NCBI GenBank assembly: GCA_964016885.1
Contig: OZ024740.1
Coordinates: 240,188,001-240,252,000, forward strand
DNA from: Eledone cirrhosa
Lineage: Eukaryota
Direction: 5' to 3'
Length of the DNA: 64,000 bases
Shown here: in pieces, positions 41,238 to 53,674 of the stretch
Layout of the letters: each line of letters begins with the position of its first letter
Position numbering within the stretch: position 1 is the stretch's first letter
Translations under genes and position numbers: made by a program
The notes under the pieces: model-generated
The model's input: the letters and a program-made list of their open reading frames with translations, nothing else
The model's database searches: none
Told to the model about the DNA's origin: nothing

Positions 41238-42233
41238 ATATACGATATTAATAAATGGAAACTATATTTATAAAACCATATTTATTTCATTATACATATT
41301 TCAGGGATATCAAATTAAATCATGGTATGCCTTCATCAGACAAAATACAATATATAACAGTTTTACAAATAAGCTTTGACGTACCCTTTTAAAATGCAAC
41401 CATTATTTTTGGAAGCCATCTGGATAGTGAATTGTTTATATTATTTTAATAAGTCTTAGTGCTAAAGACAATTAGAAAAAGACGGAGAGAAAGAAAAAAG
41501 ACGGAGAGAGAGAAAAAAGAAAAAGAAAAAACGTGGAGAAATATCGGAGAGAGAGAAATGCATGGAGAAAAAAGAGAGAGATAAATAAAGACAGGAGGAA
41601 AGAAAGAAAAAAAAAGAAAAAAGAAAAAAGAAAAAAGGAAGAAATAAGAAAAACAGAGGAAAGCAACAGAGAGATATCAAGTCATCAGGCAGATAGAAAA
41701 ACTCAAGAGAGAGAAATAATATATAGAGAGAGGGGGAGATAATGAAAACTTTACGTCATGTCATATTAAGTTGAGTTAACAATTTATATGAAATGAATAA
41801 TAAAAATATAAATATTAATATTCATGAATGGGACATAAATATATAATATGAGAAATTAAACATTGTTTAATAATGATATTTCTCCACGTTTTTTCTTATA
41901 TAATATGAGAAATTAAACATTGTTTAATAATGATATTTTTCCACGTTTTTTCTTTTTCTTTTTTCTCTCTCTCCGTCTTTTTTCTTTCTCTCCGTCTTTT
42001 TCTAATTGTCCTTAACACTAAGACTTATTAAAATAATATAAACAATTCACTATCCAGATGGCTTCCAAAAATAATGGTTGCATTTTAAAAGGGTACGTCA
42101 AAGCTTATTTGTAAAACTGTTATATATTGTATTTTGTCTGATGAAGGCATACCATGATTTAATTTGATATCCCTGAAATATGTATAATGAAATAAATATG
42201 GTTTTATAAATATAGTTTCCATTTATTAATATC

Positions 42234-42239
<6 letters not shown>
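41238..42239. mobile_element. Fold-back element, 308-bp near-perfect arms (41238-41545 / 41932-42239), each with a hammerhead-like core
   Basis: ctgatga-aggcataccatgatttaatttgatatccct-gaaatatgta at 42138-42184 and its reverse complement at 41293-41339; (TA)n adjacent. Confidence 0.85.
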
Positions 42240-42294
<55 letters not shown>

Positions 42295-42411
42295 GTAGGA
42301 GGTGAGCTTTATTGTAGCACAATAAAGCAATGCAAATATCGGATAAGTAGCACTCTACAGTTTGTAGGACTGGAGTATAAATAATCAAAAGATGGTTAAA
42401 AGAGTTCCAAG

Positions 42412-42482
42412 TATTTTATTATGCGCATTTCAAAAACAAATATCATCATGGGATGATATCTGCGTTCTCATCAGATAAAATA
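42412..42482 (-). ncRNA. Type I hammerhead ribozyme, apparently intact
   Basis: tattttat-CTGATGA-gaacgcagatatcatc(ccat)gatgatatttgttttt-GAAA-tgcgca-TA-ataaaata: 8-bp stem I, 16-bp stem II with one mismatch, palindromic stem III ATGCGCAT, AUA cleavage triplet. Confidence 0.8.
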
Positions 42483-43377
42483 GGGAGACATGATATGAAG
42501 CTTAAAAAACACTTGTGAATAGTGAAGTTTTAAATCAACATATGAAAAATAAATTAAGATTGATGTATGAGATTGGGAAAAGGTGAGGGGGTGGAAAAGG
42601 TAAATAAGAGGAAGAGATGAGAGTAAACGATGGTGGGAGAGGAGTATAATAAGGAAGGATGAGAGAGGAAGAGAGATGGGTGATAGAGAGAGAGAGATAG
42701 TCTTTACAAGTGAGAAAAAAATATATATTGTCTCACAGAGAGAAATTAAAAAGCCGTTGGAAGATAATAGATAATTTAAAAGATTTTGAAATTAAAAGTT
42801 AACGAGGTTTATGCATGAAGAAAAAGAAATTAAGAATAGTATTAAATTAAGGTTTGTATATTGAAGGGCTTAATAATATGTGCGAGGAAAAGAATTTATT
42901 AATATGTATTGTTAAAATAAAAATATTAATGTTATTAAGGATATAATGTGAAAAGAAGGAGAAGAATGAATGAGTTATGAATTTAGAGGAATTAGTTAGG
43001 GTTTAAGTTTGTTTTTATGTAATGTAATATGTGTACGTAATATGTGTACGTAAATAGCTTGTTTAAAAATGAGCGCGGAAGGAAAGAAGAAAAGAATGTT
43101 TAAGGAAGAAAATATCTAACATCAAAAAGTATATATGTTTACGAAATATTTTCTAATGGTAATAATATAATATATTAAAAGAAATTAGTTAGGGCTTAAG
43201 TTTGTTTTTATGTATTGTAATATGTAAAAGTCAAATTAAGTAGTAGTTTAAAACGAGCATGAAAGGATGGAGGAGATAAGAAAAATTTAAGGAAGAAAAA
43301 AATCTAACGTCAAAACATTATATGTTTACGAAGGCCTTCTAATGGTAATACTGTAATGTATTAAAAAAATTATTTTT

Positions 43378-43971
43378 ATGGCCAAAAACTTAAATACGAC
43401 GTCAAACGTAACTTCGTTGAATGTTCATAATACCAATCTAAATCAGGAAACTATTATTCCTATCGTAAATAACTTCCCCAATCCAATTCCTCCTATAAAT
43501 AACACTAGGTCACTTGTTAATAACTCTGTTAATTTCTTTAATCGTAATTGTAATTGCCCTGTTAGAACTAAATGTCCTCTTAATAACCATTGTCTTGATA
43601 AAAACTTAGTCTATGAATGTAAGGTTATAACTGATTCCTTTACCTATTTCGGTTCCACCTCCACCTCCTTCAAAGCTAGATTTTATAATCACAATTCATC
43701 TTTTAGATCCCAACTTAAAAGAACTAACACGGCACTCTCGGAACTCATATGGTCCTTGAAAGACAAAAATATTAACTATAACATCTCTTGGAGCAAGGTT
43801 TGTTCTGCCTTTCCTTACCTGAATTCTTCCCTATCCAGAACATGTAATCTCTGCCTAGCCGTGAAATTTACCATTATATCTAATTTCAATTCTATAATAA
43901 ATAGACGCACGGATTTATTTTCTCTCTGCTTGCATAAATTCCACAGAACATTCCATAAAGTATACAGCTAA
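43378..43971 (+). pseudogene. PLE GIY-YIG endonuclease C-terminal ORF fragment (no RT)
   Basis: CNC..CPLNNHC...LVY..YFGSTSTSFKARFYNH.SSF...TALSELIWSLK...CNLC...IN.R..LFSLCLH. Confidence 0.85.
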
Positions 43972-44892
43972 TATCTAATACCTTACTAGTTTAAAATCCT
44001 TTTTCTCAAAGGCTTATATATCTTTTACAAATGTACCCATCTTTCTACCTTATTTCACTATTATTTATTATATATTATATAATACAATTTACTCATTCTA
44101 TATCATTTTCCTTTGTTCCTTTTTTCTTTTTAATTTTTAATTTCTAACCTCTAATCTGTACCTTTTCTTCCTAACTACTTCTCAATTCTTATTATTACTC
44201 AATCCATTCTTCCATCTTTCCTCATATCATTGGCCATAAAAATTATTTTTTTAATGCATTATAGTATTACCATTAGAAGTCCTTCGAAAACATATAATTT
44301 TTTGACGTTAGATCTTTTTCTTCCTTAAATTTTTCTTATCTCCTCCATCCTTTCATGCTCGTTTTAAACTACTACTTAATTTGACTTTTACATATTACAT
44401 TACATAAAAACAAACTTAAACCCTAACTAGTTCCTCTAAATTCATAACTCAGTCTTTCTTCTCCTTCTTTTCACATTATATCCTTAATAACATTAATATT
44501 TTTATTTTAACAATACATATTAATAAATTCTTTTCCTCGCACATATTAATATACAAACCTTAATTTAATACTATTCTCGTTAACTTTTAATTTCAAAATC
44601 TTTTAAATTATCTATTTTCTTCCAACGGCTTTTTAATTTCTCTCTGTGAGACAATATATATATTTTTCTCAGTATTTTTTTCTCTGTCACCCATCTCTCC
44701 TCCTCTCTCATCCTTCCTTATTATACTCATCCCCCCCCCCCACCCTTTACTCTCATCCCTTCCTCTTCCTTATCTTTTCCAAACCCCCTCACTTTTTCCC
44801 AATCTCATACATCAATCTTAATTTATTTTTCATATGTTGATTTAAAACTTCACTATTCACAAGTGTTTTTTAAGCTTCATATCATGTCTCCC

Positions 44893-44963
44893 TATTTTAT
44901 CTGATGAGAACGCAGATATCATCCCATGATGATATTTGTTTTTGAAATGCGCAGAATAAAATA
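44893..44963 (+). ncRNA. Hammerhead copy with the conserved U16.1 mutated to G (44954)
   Basis: Same as 42412-42482 except GAAAtgcgcaGA instead of GAAAtgcgcaTA. Confidence 0.7.
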
Positions 44964-45428
44964 CTTGGAACTCTTTTAACCATCTTTTAATATATATATT
45001 GGTGACGGTGTGAGATTTCTCATTGTGAGACTGCTGGAATTTCAAATTTGGCGGTCACTCTAGCACGGACGGGTACCATCGCTGAATATTAATATCGGTA
45101 AGGTTTTTTTTATATCGATATTGTCGGGCATCCACTGATGATTTATAAGTGCCCACCTACATATATTCCTATGGACTATGTGTAGGCTTCTACATAACCT
45201 GGACATTATTTTCCCAATTTGTAGAAAACTTATAATGAAACGATTGTTTGGAAAGAGAGATGTATTTAATTATGTCTCATATAAAATAATACAATTGGCT
45301 ATCCGCAAAATACGTATAGTTAGCACCCCAAACGTATAATTGGGATTATACTAAGGTATATCCTAATGTTTGTTGAGTGTGACGGAAGCCGGTCGGAGTA
45401 TTGCTTAAAGCTTTCTCTGTTAATGTAT

Positions 45429-45506
<78 letters not shown>

Positions 45507-45829
45507 TAACAGATTAAAGTTTAAGCAAAGAATCGCTGCTTAATATATATAAGAATTTACTTTTATGCAGTAATATTTATTTCGTGGTTTTTATTTGGAC
45601 TTTAAGAAAATATTTTACCTTCACAGTTCAAGTATTTGAACTGCTACCCCTCCTAAATTATTAACATATATATCTCTATGGTTACGTGCATTTTTTAGAG
45701 AAGTTTGATATTTTATAAACTTTATTCAAATAGAATACATAGAAATACACACAATTTAATAAATGAGTAACTACATGAATGAATGATTATAAAATAATTA
45801 GAAAAACACAACAAATATTTTAAAACAGA

Positions 45830-47925
45830 AAATAAAGGGAAAAGCAAGGGCTCAAGGGCCACAGAAAAATGGGAGGGGAAATTCGGCTGAACTGAGAGGG
45901 CTCTGGGCCTTGTGCGCGGCGGTGTTGGGGCTGCACCCCGCGAACAAGACCGCAAAAGCATATCCGTGGACAATGGCCAACGACACCCGCTGCAACAGGC
46001 AGGTCTCGACGGCGAACTGTGCGTAGAGAAAGCGACCGGAGAATCCCCGGTATTTGTTTGTCTTCCTTTCCTCTGCATTGCGGACCACAGTACCGGGGTT
46101 TGTGGGTGAATTGACTAAGTTGAAGGCGGAGAATGAGTCGCAACATGTGGCGTGCCAGATGAGGAGGATTCTACCTCCTTCGAGTGGGAAGAGGGTGATT
46201 CCGCGGGGGCGCTTGCCGTCTCTGCGGTCGAGGCCTGCTGGCTCTAGTTGTGATGGGAATCCAGCTGCGTCCTGGCTTTTTCTCTTTATGTCATTGAGAG
46301 CGGTATGTCAGGGGAACCGGCCTAAGTTCTGGCGGTAAAACAGTGGGTGCAGGCCGAACTTGTCAACAACCGCCTCGCAGGGCCATTTAGGTGGCCGAGG
46401 ATTGCACCCGTCATCAAGAAGGGTAACGGTTGATGAAGGCACTGAATTGATCCACGCCTGGCTGTTAGGCTGTTAAGCGGAGTGGAAGCAGGTAAGGTAG
46501 TGTTTGTCCAAGCCAGACTCAATCCGCCTGAAGGAAGACATGCATTTGATGTCGTCCCCGTTACGTTGGACATTTATATACTGGAGGACAGAGGGGCTTC
46601 CGCCTGTCTAATCGGCCAAGGACTGCTCGATATCTGGGGCCACGTCAAGTTCGTCCGTCTTGCTGAAGACCTCGCTGACGAGAGAGCGACTGGAGGAGAT
46701 TGAGGAAAGGTCGGCCGGTAGAGCCAGATCCGAAGCAGATCGGAGGCCGAGGCCAACGAACCTTGCTGGGAGCTTAACCTGTAGTGAGCCGGCGCTGTCG
46801 AAACTGACATTGTAGATGAGTTTTGCGCAGCATCGGATGGGGAAGTCGAGTTTGCCGAGAAGATTTACGTGGGGTTGACACGGTGCACCGCGCAGCGTGA
46901 ACAGAACTTTTAGGAGTGCGAAGCAGTTCCTCAAGAGGAAGAACGCCGGGTGAGCGTCAATGAGACGCAGCCTCTCTGCCATTTGGAACAAATCTGCATT
47001 TTTTGTCTCCAGGCACTCTCTTATGGCTTTCGAGATAATTGGAGAGCCGAGAATGCATGCGGCGTCTTTAGGCGTTAGTCGAGCCCCGGTCAGGACGAGA
47101 TCAGTGCTGAGTAGGGCGTCGTGGAATTCCACCTCTCCGTATCTAATATTTGTCACCTCAGACTTTGAAGAGTTGATCTCGAGTCCGAGGTACTTTAGAG
47201 TTGGAATGATTTGCCGAAAGTCCTCAACTACTGTCTCAACCGAGCCAAGCAGAGTCGCGTTGTCATGTACCAAACATTGAGAGGTGACGTCGTCGACTGC
47301 TAGTGCAAAGAGGAACGGGCCGAGTGCGTCTTCATGCTGGACACCCTTGGCGGAAGTAACTCTGCTGTCAGTGGCCATGAGTAAGCTGGGTCTTCCGTAC
47401 GAGAGGTGAGTGAGAGGGCAAATGGAAAGGACTCGTCGAAGACACATCTCCAGGACGTGATCCCGCGTAACGCTGTTGACGACGCTTGTCATGTCCAGCT
47501 TCCCATGGAGGTGGGGTGTCAAAGGAGGTGCGAGCTCTATGAAATGTCTGGCCGCCTGAACTGCAACCTCACATCCGCACTTGATTCCCACTTTGACTGA
47601 CTTGCAGGCTATCTCGGCTGCAAGACGTTGCCCACCACGATGGGGAGGAGGTTTCCGTCATTCTTCCTCAGGGCGGTCAGACTGGCTGAGAAGAAAAGAT
47701 CGCAGATATGGCAGGGCAAGTTGGTATGGAGGAGACTGTTGGTGAGGGCTGTTAACGATTGGAGCAATTGGGCCTCTGCCTCTGCAGCATGAGGCGAAAT
47801 GAGGTTTCTGAGGTTGCCGGAGCGTAGGCCGTTTACTCCACCACTGCTGCTGCCTGGGAAGGATCTCAAGGCAGTTATTATGTCCTCACTAGACGCGGAA
47901 ACCTTGCTGGCCTGGGCTGGAACTT
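45830..47925 (-). mobile_element. CRE-clade-like non-LTR retrotransposon (decayed RT plus RLE)
   Basis: GC-rich island; SASLTALRKNDGNLLPIVVGNV, GIKCGCEVAVQAAR, KLDM..VVNSV.RD, GVQHEDALGPFLF, LPARFVGLGLRSA, DGKRP..TLFP...IWHATC, LLQRVSLAI. Confidence 0.8.
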
Positions 47926-48210
47926 CCTGATGTCATCTGGGGGGAGGGACTTCTTCGCATCGGCCGCCATCCAGATCTCAGGCGTACTCGAACTCCGTAC
48001 TGCCGAGCTCCTACGCAAGATCAGACCGTCAGCGGGGTGCGGTGGGGTGGCTGTTGCAGCGAGTGTCCTTAGCCATCTCCCGAGAAAATGCTTTTGCGGA
48101 TTTGTCCGCGAGACGCTGCACCCTAATCCTAGAGCCTATCACACTCCACTTCCCCTCCCATTCTTCTGTAACCCTACAGCCGTTGCCTCTCCCTTTTCCA
48201 TTTTTAAATA
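47926..48210 (+). mobile_element. 3'-end fragment of a related CRE-like element in opposite orientation
   Basis: SGVLELRTAELLRKI / GWLLQRVSLAISRENAFA, homologous to 45930-46010 (-) and 51720-51890 (-). Confidence 0.7.
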
Positions 48211-48286
48211 TCTGTAGTGTTGTTATTTGAAATAGATTTGTTTATGATTTTTCTTATTTTTCTTAATAAAACGTTGTTATACTCAC

Positions 48287-48355
48287 TGTCTGATGAATCC
48301 ATGCAGTGGACAAGTATTACTTCATTTCCAGGTCGGTGGATATGCTGACAATACC
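48287..48355 (-). CDS. USP gene internal exon (69 bp; (W)YCQHIHRPGNEVILVHCMDSSD)
   Basis: USP beta-2 motif EVILVH; acceptor ctttattttgatacag, donor gtgagt; phase 1/1, joining the next exon as ACT (Thr). Confidence 0.85.
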
Positions 48356-48382
48356 CTGTATCAAAATAAAGAAAAATGTAGT

Positions 48383-48383
48383 T

Positions 48384-48450
<67 letters not shown>

Positions 48451-48560
48451 GGTGGTGGTGGTGGTGGTGGTGGTGGTGGTGGTGGTGGTGGTGGTGGTGG
48501 TGGTGGCGGTGGTGGTAGTAGTAGTAGTGGTGGTGGTGTTGGTGGTGATGTTGGTGGTGA

Positions 48561-48606
<46 letters not shown>
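48383..48606. repeat. (TAG)n-(TGG)n-(TAG)n compound microsatellite
   Basis: Direct reading. Confidence 0.95.
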
Positions 48607-48608
<2 letters not shown>

Positions 48609-49834
48609 CCATGGACCTGTAACACCCGTTGGGGATATAGTGGCGGTGTTGTGATATACGGAGTGTCTTCGGTATTCTAAATCTTGTGAGGCCCATCCCC
48701 TGCACACGTTTCATCGCTTTGATCGCCCAGTAATAATATAATTGTTTCTACTTTAGGCACAAGGCCAGCAATTACCCAGTGCATTACTGGTACTTTATTT
48801 TATCGACCCCGTTAGGATGAAAGGCAAAGTCAACCTCGGCGGGATTTGAACTCAGATCGTAAAGGGACGTAACTATGCTGGAAATAATATAATAATATGT
48901 TTTTTTCGTAAATCTTGTGAAATCTTTTATCCATAGAAGTAGAAGAGAAAATCACAAACGAGAAAATTAATATATTCTTTCAACGTGCTGAAAATCGCAG
49001 TTAGATCTCCGTCAAATCCCACTCTTTATCTTTAAAATAGAGGTATGAATTGCATGTTATAGTCCCGTATGCTTATTTTGAAAAAGAGGGTATGATCGAG
49101 GTAGCAATGCTTATAATCATAAATTTGCTTGATGAGCGTTGATCAAATGCTAAATGAACACTAGAAACAGCAACAATTATATTTGAGGATTCCAATTTCT
49201 ACGTGAGTATTCACATTCATTCACGCTTACTCTTATGAAGATAAACACATGCTGGTTGCTTGGCTTGTGCAGATTATACGCGCACACATACACATCATAT
49301 ACATCCACAAAGAATTCATGAAATTAAGAAAAAGAAAAAGAAAAAAGTAGAGAATAAATATCAAAGGCGCAACATCTCTTGGGAGATTGTTCTCTTTTAG
49401 AATTTAACGCCTCCACTCTGCAAACAAAATAGTCGAGCGTTTACCCATGTTAGTTTTTACCTTTTTGTTCAACGTTTTCAAACATTTAATCATGGGTGGG
49501 TTCGTTTATTAACGCTTTTATTGATACTGAAATTGTGCGATAAGAGTTTTATTAGAATCTATAACATTTACCTACATCTACTAGATGCGGAAGAAATGCC
49601 ATGTATTGTAAACAACATCTGTTTTATTTTCAATATTTCCGTGTGTAGTTTACACCTGGAATTCTATGGTCCCACAAGATCAATTTTCTTGGGAGCATGG
49701 GAAGGGGCCTTGGCATTTGTAAGTTCGATTTAATTCTCAATTGCAGCCACTATCAACCAAATGTTCAAAAATGGTAACACATATTGTATTGTGGTCCGAG
49801 TAAAACCGACGATCCGTATTATATGATCCGAGAA

Positions 49835-50058
49835 GGGCGGTGGATTGGCAGTGCCGGTAGAGCGCCGGACAATATGCTTTGTAGCGTAGAGTTAGAGTCT
49901 TTTACGTTCTGAGTTCAAATCTCGTTGAGGTTAGCTTTGCATTTCAACCTTATGGGGTCGATAAAATAAAGCACCAGTAATGCACTGTGGTCGATTTAAT
50001 CGACTTTCCCCTCTCCACTTCAAATTGCTGGCCTTGTGCTTAAAGTAGAAAATTATTA
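49835..50058 (+). mobile_element. SINE family A (a further partial minus-strand copy at 48733-48883)
   Basis: Matches family consensus including A and B boxes. Confidence 0.85.
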
Positions 50059-50384
50059 ATCCAGCAAACGTGGACGTAGAGTGACTGAATGGTTAAAGAG
50101 TTCAATAAGTCTCGGGTTCAATACCACTGTGTGGCATCTCGGGGAAAATGTCATTGAACATCTAATCCAATCCAGGGCCTTCTCACTCCTATTGGAGGAA
50201 TCCCTTCTCCCTGGTTGACCTCTACCATTTTAAAATATTAGAAACCATTATATGAGGCCAAAAAAGTATCTTCCTGTATTCCTGTTCACGATTTTGCTGT
50301 CGATTTTCTCGATGTTTGAATGCTTGTACATATGACAGAGTGGGCGAGAGAGAGAGTGAGAGAGAGAGCGAGAGAGAGAGCGAC

Positions 50385-50457
<73 letters not shown>

Positions 50458-50962
50458 AGAGGTTGTTTGGGTATGGGCTGAGAAAGAGAGACTGGGGGTG
50501 TGGGAGATAGACTGCGTGAGGTGGGGTGAATAAGCGTGTGAGTGTGGATGTGAGTTAGAGTGTGTGCGAGAGAGAGAAAAGCACAGAGTGAGAGACTCTG
50601 TAGGTGTGTGTGTATTATCACTGGTAGTTAATGTTTTCTTTCGTTTATTGCTATTGGTAGTGTTTCTGTTTGTGTTATTCATACTGTTCTTAACCAGTGT
50701 GTTATCATTGATATAACCGCCTCAGAGAGTAGCTTATCGTATTATATTAGCTCCCGACCTACTTCAACTCTGACGCCTTATTCTTCCCCAAAATATCCCC
50801 TTTCGCTTACTGAAAAGGTTACAAATCCATAACAACAATAAAAGATTACATGCATTCCGTGTGAAGTCCACTTGACATATGTTTATTTGCTTCAGGGTAA
50901 AATTGATATTAAAAGAGTTATTTTCCCAAGAGATAAATGTTCGGCTTTCATTCCTATGTTGT

Positions 50963-51045
<83 letters not shown>

Positions 51046-51395
51046 GGAACAAGTATGACCCCATACTGGGGTTATACTTGTTCCTATTACCCACTCTACT
51101 ACCCTAAGTATTGAGTACTTTGGTGCGTTATGGTCTATCTGGTTCCTTACCACATTTCCTTCGTTATATATATATATATATATACAAATATAAATTATCG
51201 GGAATCGCACTTCGGCCCACGAAATAACGAAAAACAACCTCCGAGATGTGTGGCAAGTGCTCAATGATTCAGATGAACCAGAGCTATAACAAACGTTAAA
51301 GGCCAAACACACTGAGAGACGATGGTTAAACAATCATTCGCATAGCCAAAAAAACGATCAAGTAATTCGGGTCAAACAAATAAAAAATATCTGTG

Positions 51396-51449
<54 letters not shown>

Positions 51450-51559
51450 CGAAAGTAAAAATAAAGGAACCAAAATTACCGAGTCAATCATTTAATATTC
51501 TGGAATTAAACAATGATGGAAATATGAAAAAGAAAGTTAAAAACAAAATTAAGTAATAA

Positions 51560-52026
51560 AAAGAGGGGTAGGGGTGAAGAAGGGCAGATCTGGCTGTATG
51601 GGAAAGTGGAGAAAACGACTATAAATGCCATAGATGGGTGGAGATGGAAGGAAAAAGAAAGGACTAATAGGCCTCGAAAGAAAGGAAGGGGGAAGAGGAG
51701 AACGGGGTGGCGTTTCGGCAGCGCCTTGCGGACAAAACTGCAACGGCAATTCCGCGGACAATGGCCAGCGACACCTGCTGCAGCAGCCATCCCACCTCAT
51801 GGGGATCTTTCCTCGGACGGGCTGCTGACGTTCCGATTTTACGGAGAAGTTCGGGAGTACGGGGGCTCCAATACGCCTGAGGTCTCGACGGAGACCGATA
51901 CGAAGAAGAAGCGGCCTGACAAGCCACGGTACTTGCTTATCTTCCTGTCCTCTGCATTGCTGACCGCAATACTCGGGTTTCTGGCCGAAGCGGCTAAGCT
52001 GGAGGCGGAGAACGTGTCACAGCATT
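51560..52026 (-). mobile_element. CRE-like element 3' fragment
   Basis: DTFSASSL...AEDRKISKY...VSVETSGV...GWLLQQVSLAIVRG. Confidence 0.75.
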
Positions 52027-52788
52027 AACGCAAATTTACTTCAAATACGAGAAAGAAATGGTTTCTTTGATAGAGTCTGGTAGAATAATGAGATGTAGTT
52101 TTGTATTATTTTAATATATAACATTTATTTTTTATCAGGATGGAGAGTAGACTTTGTTTTTCTTTCAGAGTGTCCAAGACCGAAAAAAAGGATGGTATCC
52201 TTTAACCGAAGACCATGCCCGATTGCTTGCAACTGAATTAACTCTGCTAAGGATATTCAAGGTCAGGCGGTGGAGTTAAGTCGCGAAACACATTAAGTCT
52301 ATTACCCAAGAGAACCACGGTGACATTAGAAGTCAAGACGCAAAGAACCAACATAAATGCCACAAAATATTTTATCTGACGTTATAACGATTCTATCAAT
52401 TTATCCCCTTTTATAAAGAGAAATAAAAGGGTGAAATCAGATTGCAATGTTTTATGATCCCCAAACAAATGGTAAGGATATAAATATCTGGATGTGCTTC
52501 AAAATTCTGCAGTGAAGTCTAAAGTAAAGAAAACAAATAAGGAAGGGAATACAGAAGATGGCCAGAAACATTATTAAAGAGCTCAATTCATGACCAATGC
52601 TAATATTGATATGTTCTTTAGTGTTTCTTCTATAGAAAAAGAAAAACGTGCTGGGTCGAATAGTCACGCCAAAAGACTATCAATAATGAGTCATAGATAA
52701 CACCCATAGAGCAGTGTCAGTAGACTATACATATATGTGTGTATGTGTGCACGTGCGTGTGTGTATGTGTGTTTGCATGTGTATTTAC

Positions 52789-53560
52789 ATATGTCGGTCA
52801 AACTGGAAATGCACTATCGGAACGTGCACGGGTACACCGTCAACAAATCAGAGACCCAAATGTCCGTCAGATACCCCTAAGCGGCCACCTGGCAACATGT
52901 GGTCAGGGAATATTTATAATATTCCCATTCTACAAATTACACAGCCCAAGTGAAATCAAGAGAAAAAATCAAAGAAAAGAATTTTATTGATAAATTCAAA
53001 CCCAAGCTAAATGAACAATAATAACGCCTAGGGGTATTACTTCTACTACCACTATGACCACGACCACTAACAACAACAACAACAACAATAATAATAATAA
53101 TAAAAGTGATGTTGATGGTGATGATTAATAGAAAATGCTATTTTCATCATTTCAAAAAGCAAAACAGTTGATACGTTGGATATGACTATTGGTCGTTAGC
53201 ATGCTCAACCAGCCGTGACGCTTAAACCAATCAGCTGTAGTAATTCAGTGAAACTACACACTGATTGGTCGAAATACAGTTTACAGGGTTTTGCATTCTG
53301 GAGCCACTTTTCTCTGTATAAAATGTATAAAAGGTAGGAAATTTACCCATCTCATTACAGTTGAAAATTGCAAACTCGACTGTCACCACATATCATGAAC
53401 CTGAAGATTGCGAAAGCATGAAAGTACTTGTTCAATTAACACTTAGAATTTAATATTCTATCATACTATTTCATTATAATACCATTATATATATTTTAAA
53501 GGATTGTAAATAAAACGAGTAAATCAGACAAAGTTGGAATTCCTCTTATTAATATAATCT
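52789..53560 (+). mobile_element. 5'-truncated Penelope-like element (GIY-YIG fragment plus terminal repeat)
   Basis: YVGQTGNALSERARVHRQQIRDP..PLSGHLATC..FIIFPFYK and frameshifted FIDKFKPKLN; hammerhead at 53396-53434. Confidence 0.82.
53396..53434 (+). ncRNA. Minimal type I hammerhead
   Basis: tgaac-CTGAAGA-ttgc(gaaa)gcat-GAAA-gtac-TT-gttca: 5-bp stem I, GNRA-capped stem II, palindromic AGTACT stem III. Confidence 0.72.
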
Positions 53561-53674
53561 TCTATACACAATCATACACACCCGTGTATATTTACCTATC
53601 TATATCTATATATATATATATATATATACACATATGTAAATACACATGCAAACACACATACACACACACATATA

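Larger units (their letters stand above)
42387..44988 (+). mobile_element. Penelope-like element: 5'-truncated GIY-YIG region enclosed by inverted terminal repeats (42387-43383 / 44232-44988)
   Basis: Inverted arms read directly; enclosed ORF has PLE endonuclease motifs; hammerhead in each arm. Confidence 0.88.

Noticed and set aside
48290-48315. ctgatga-atcca..tgga hammerhead-like start
   Set aside because: No GAAA half-core; it is the antisense of the USP coding exon
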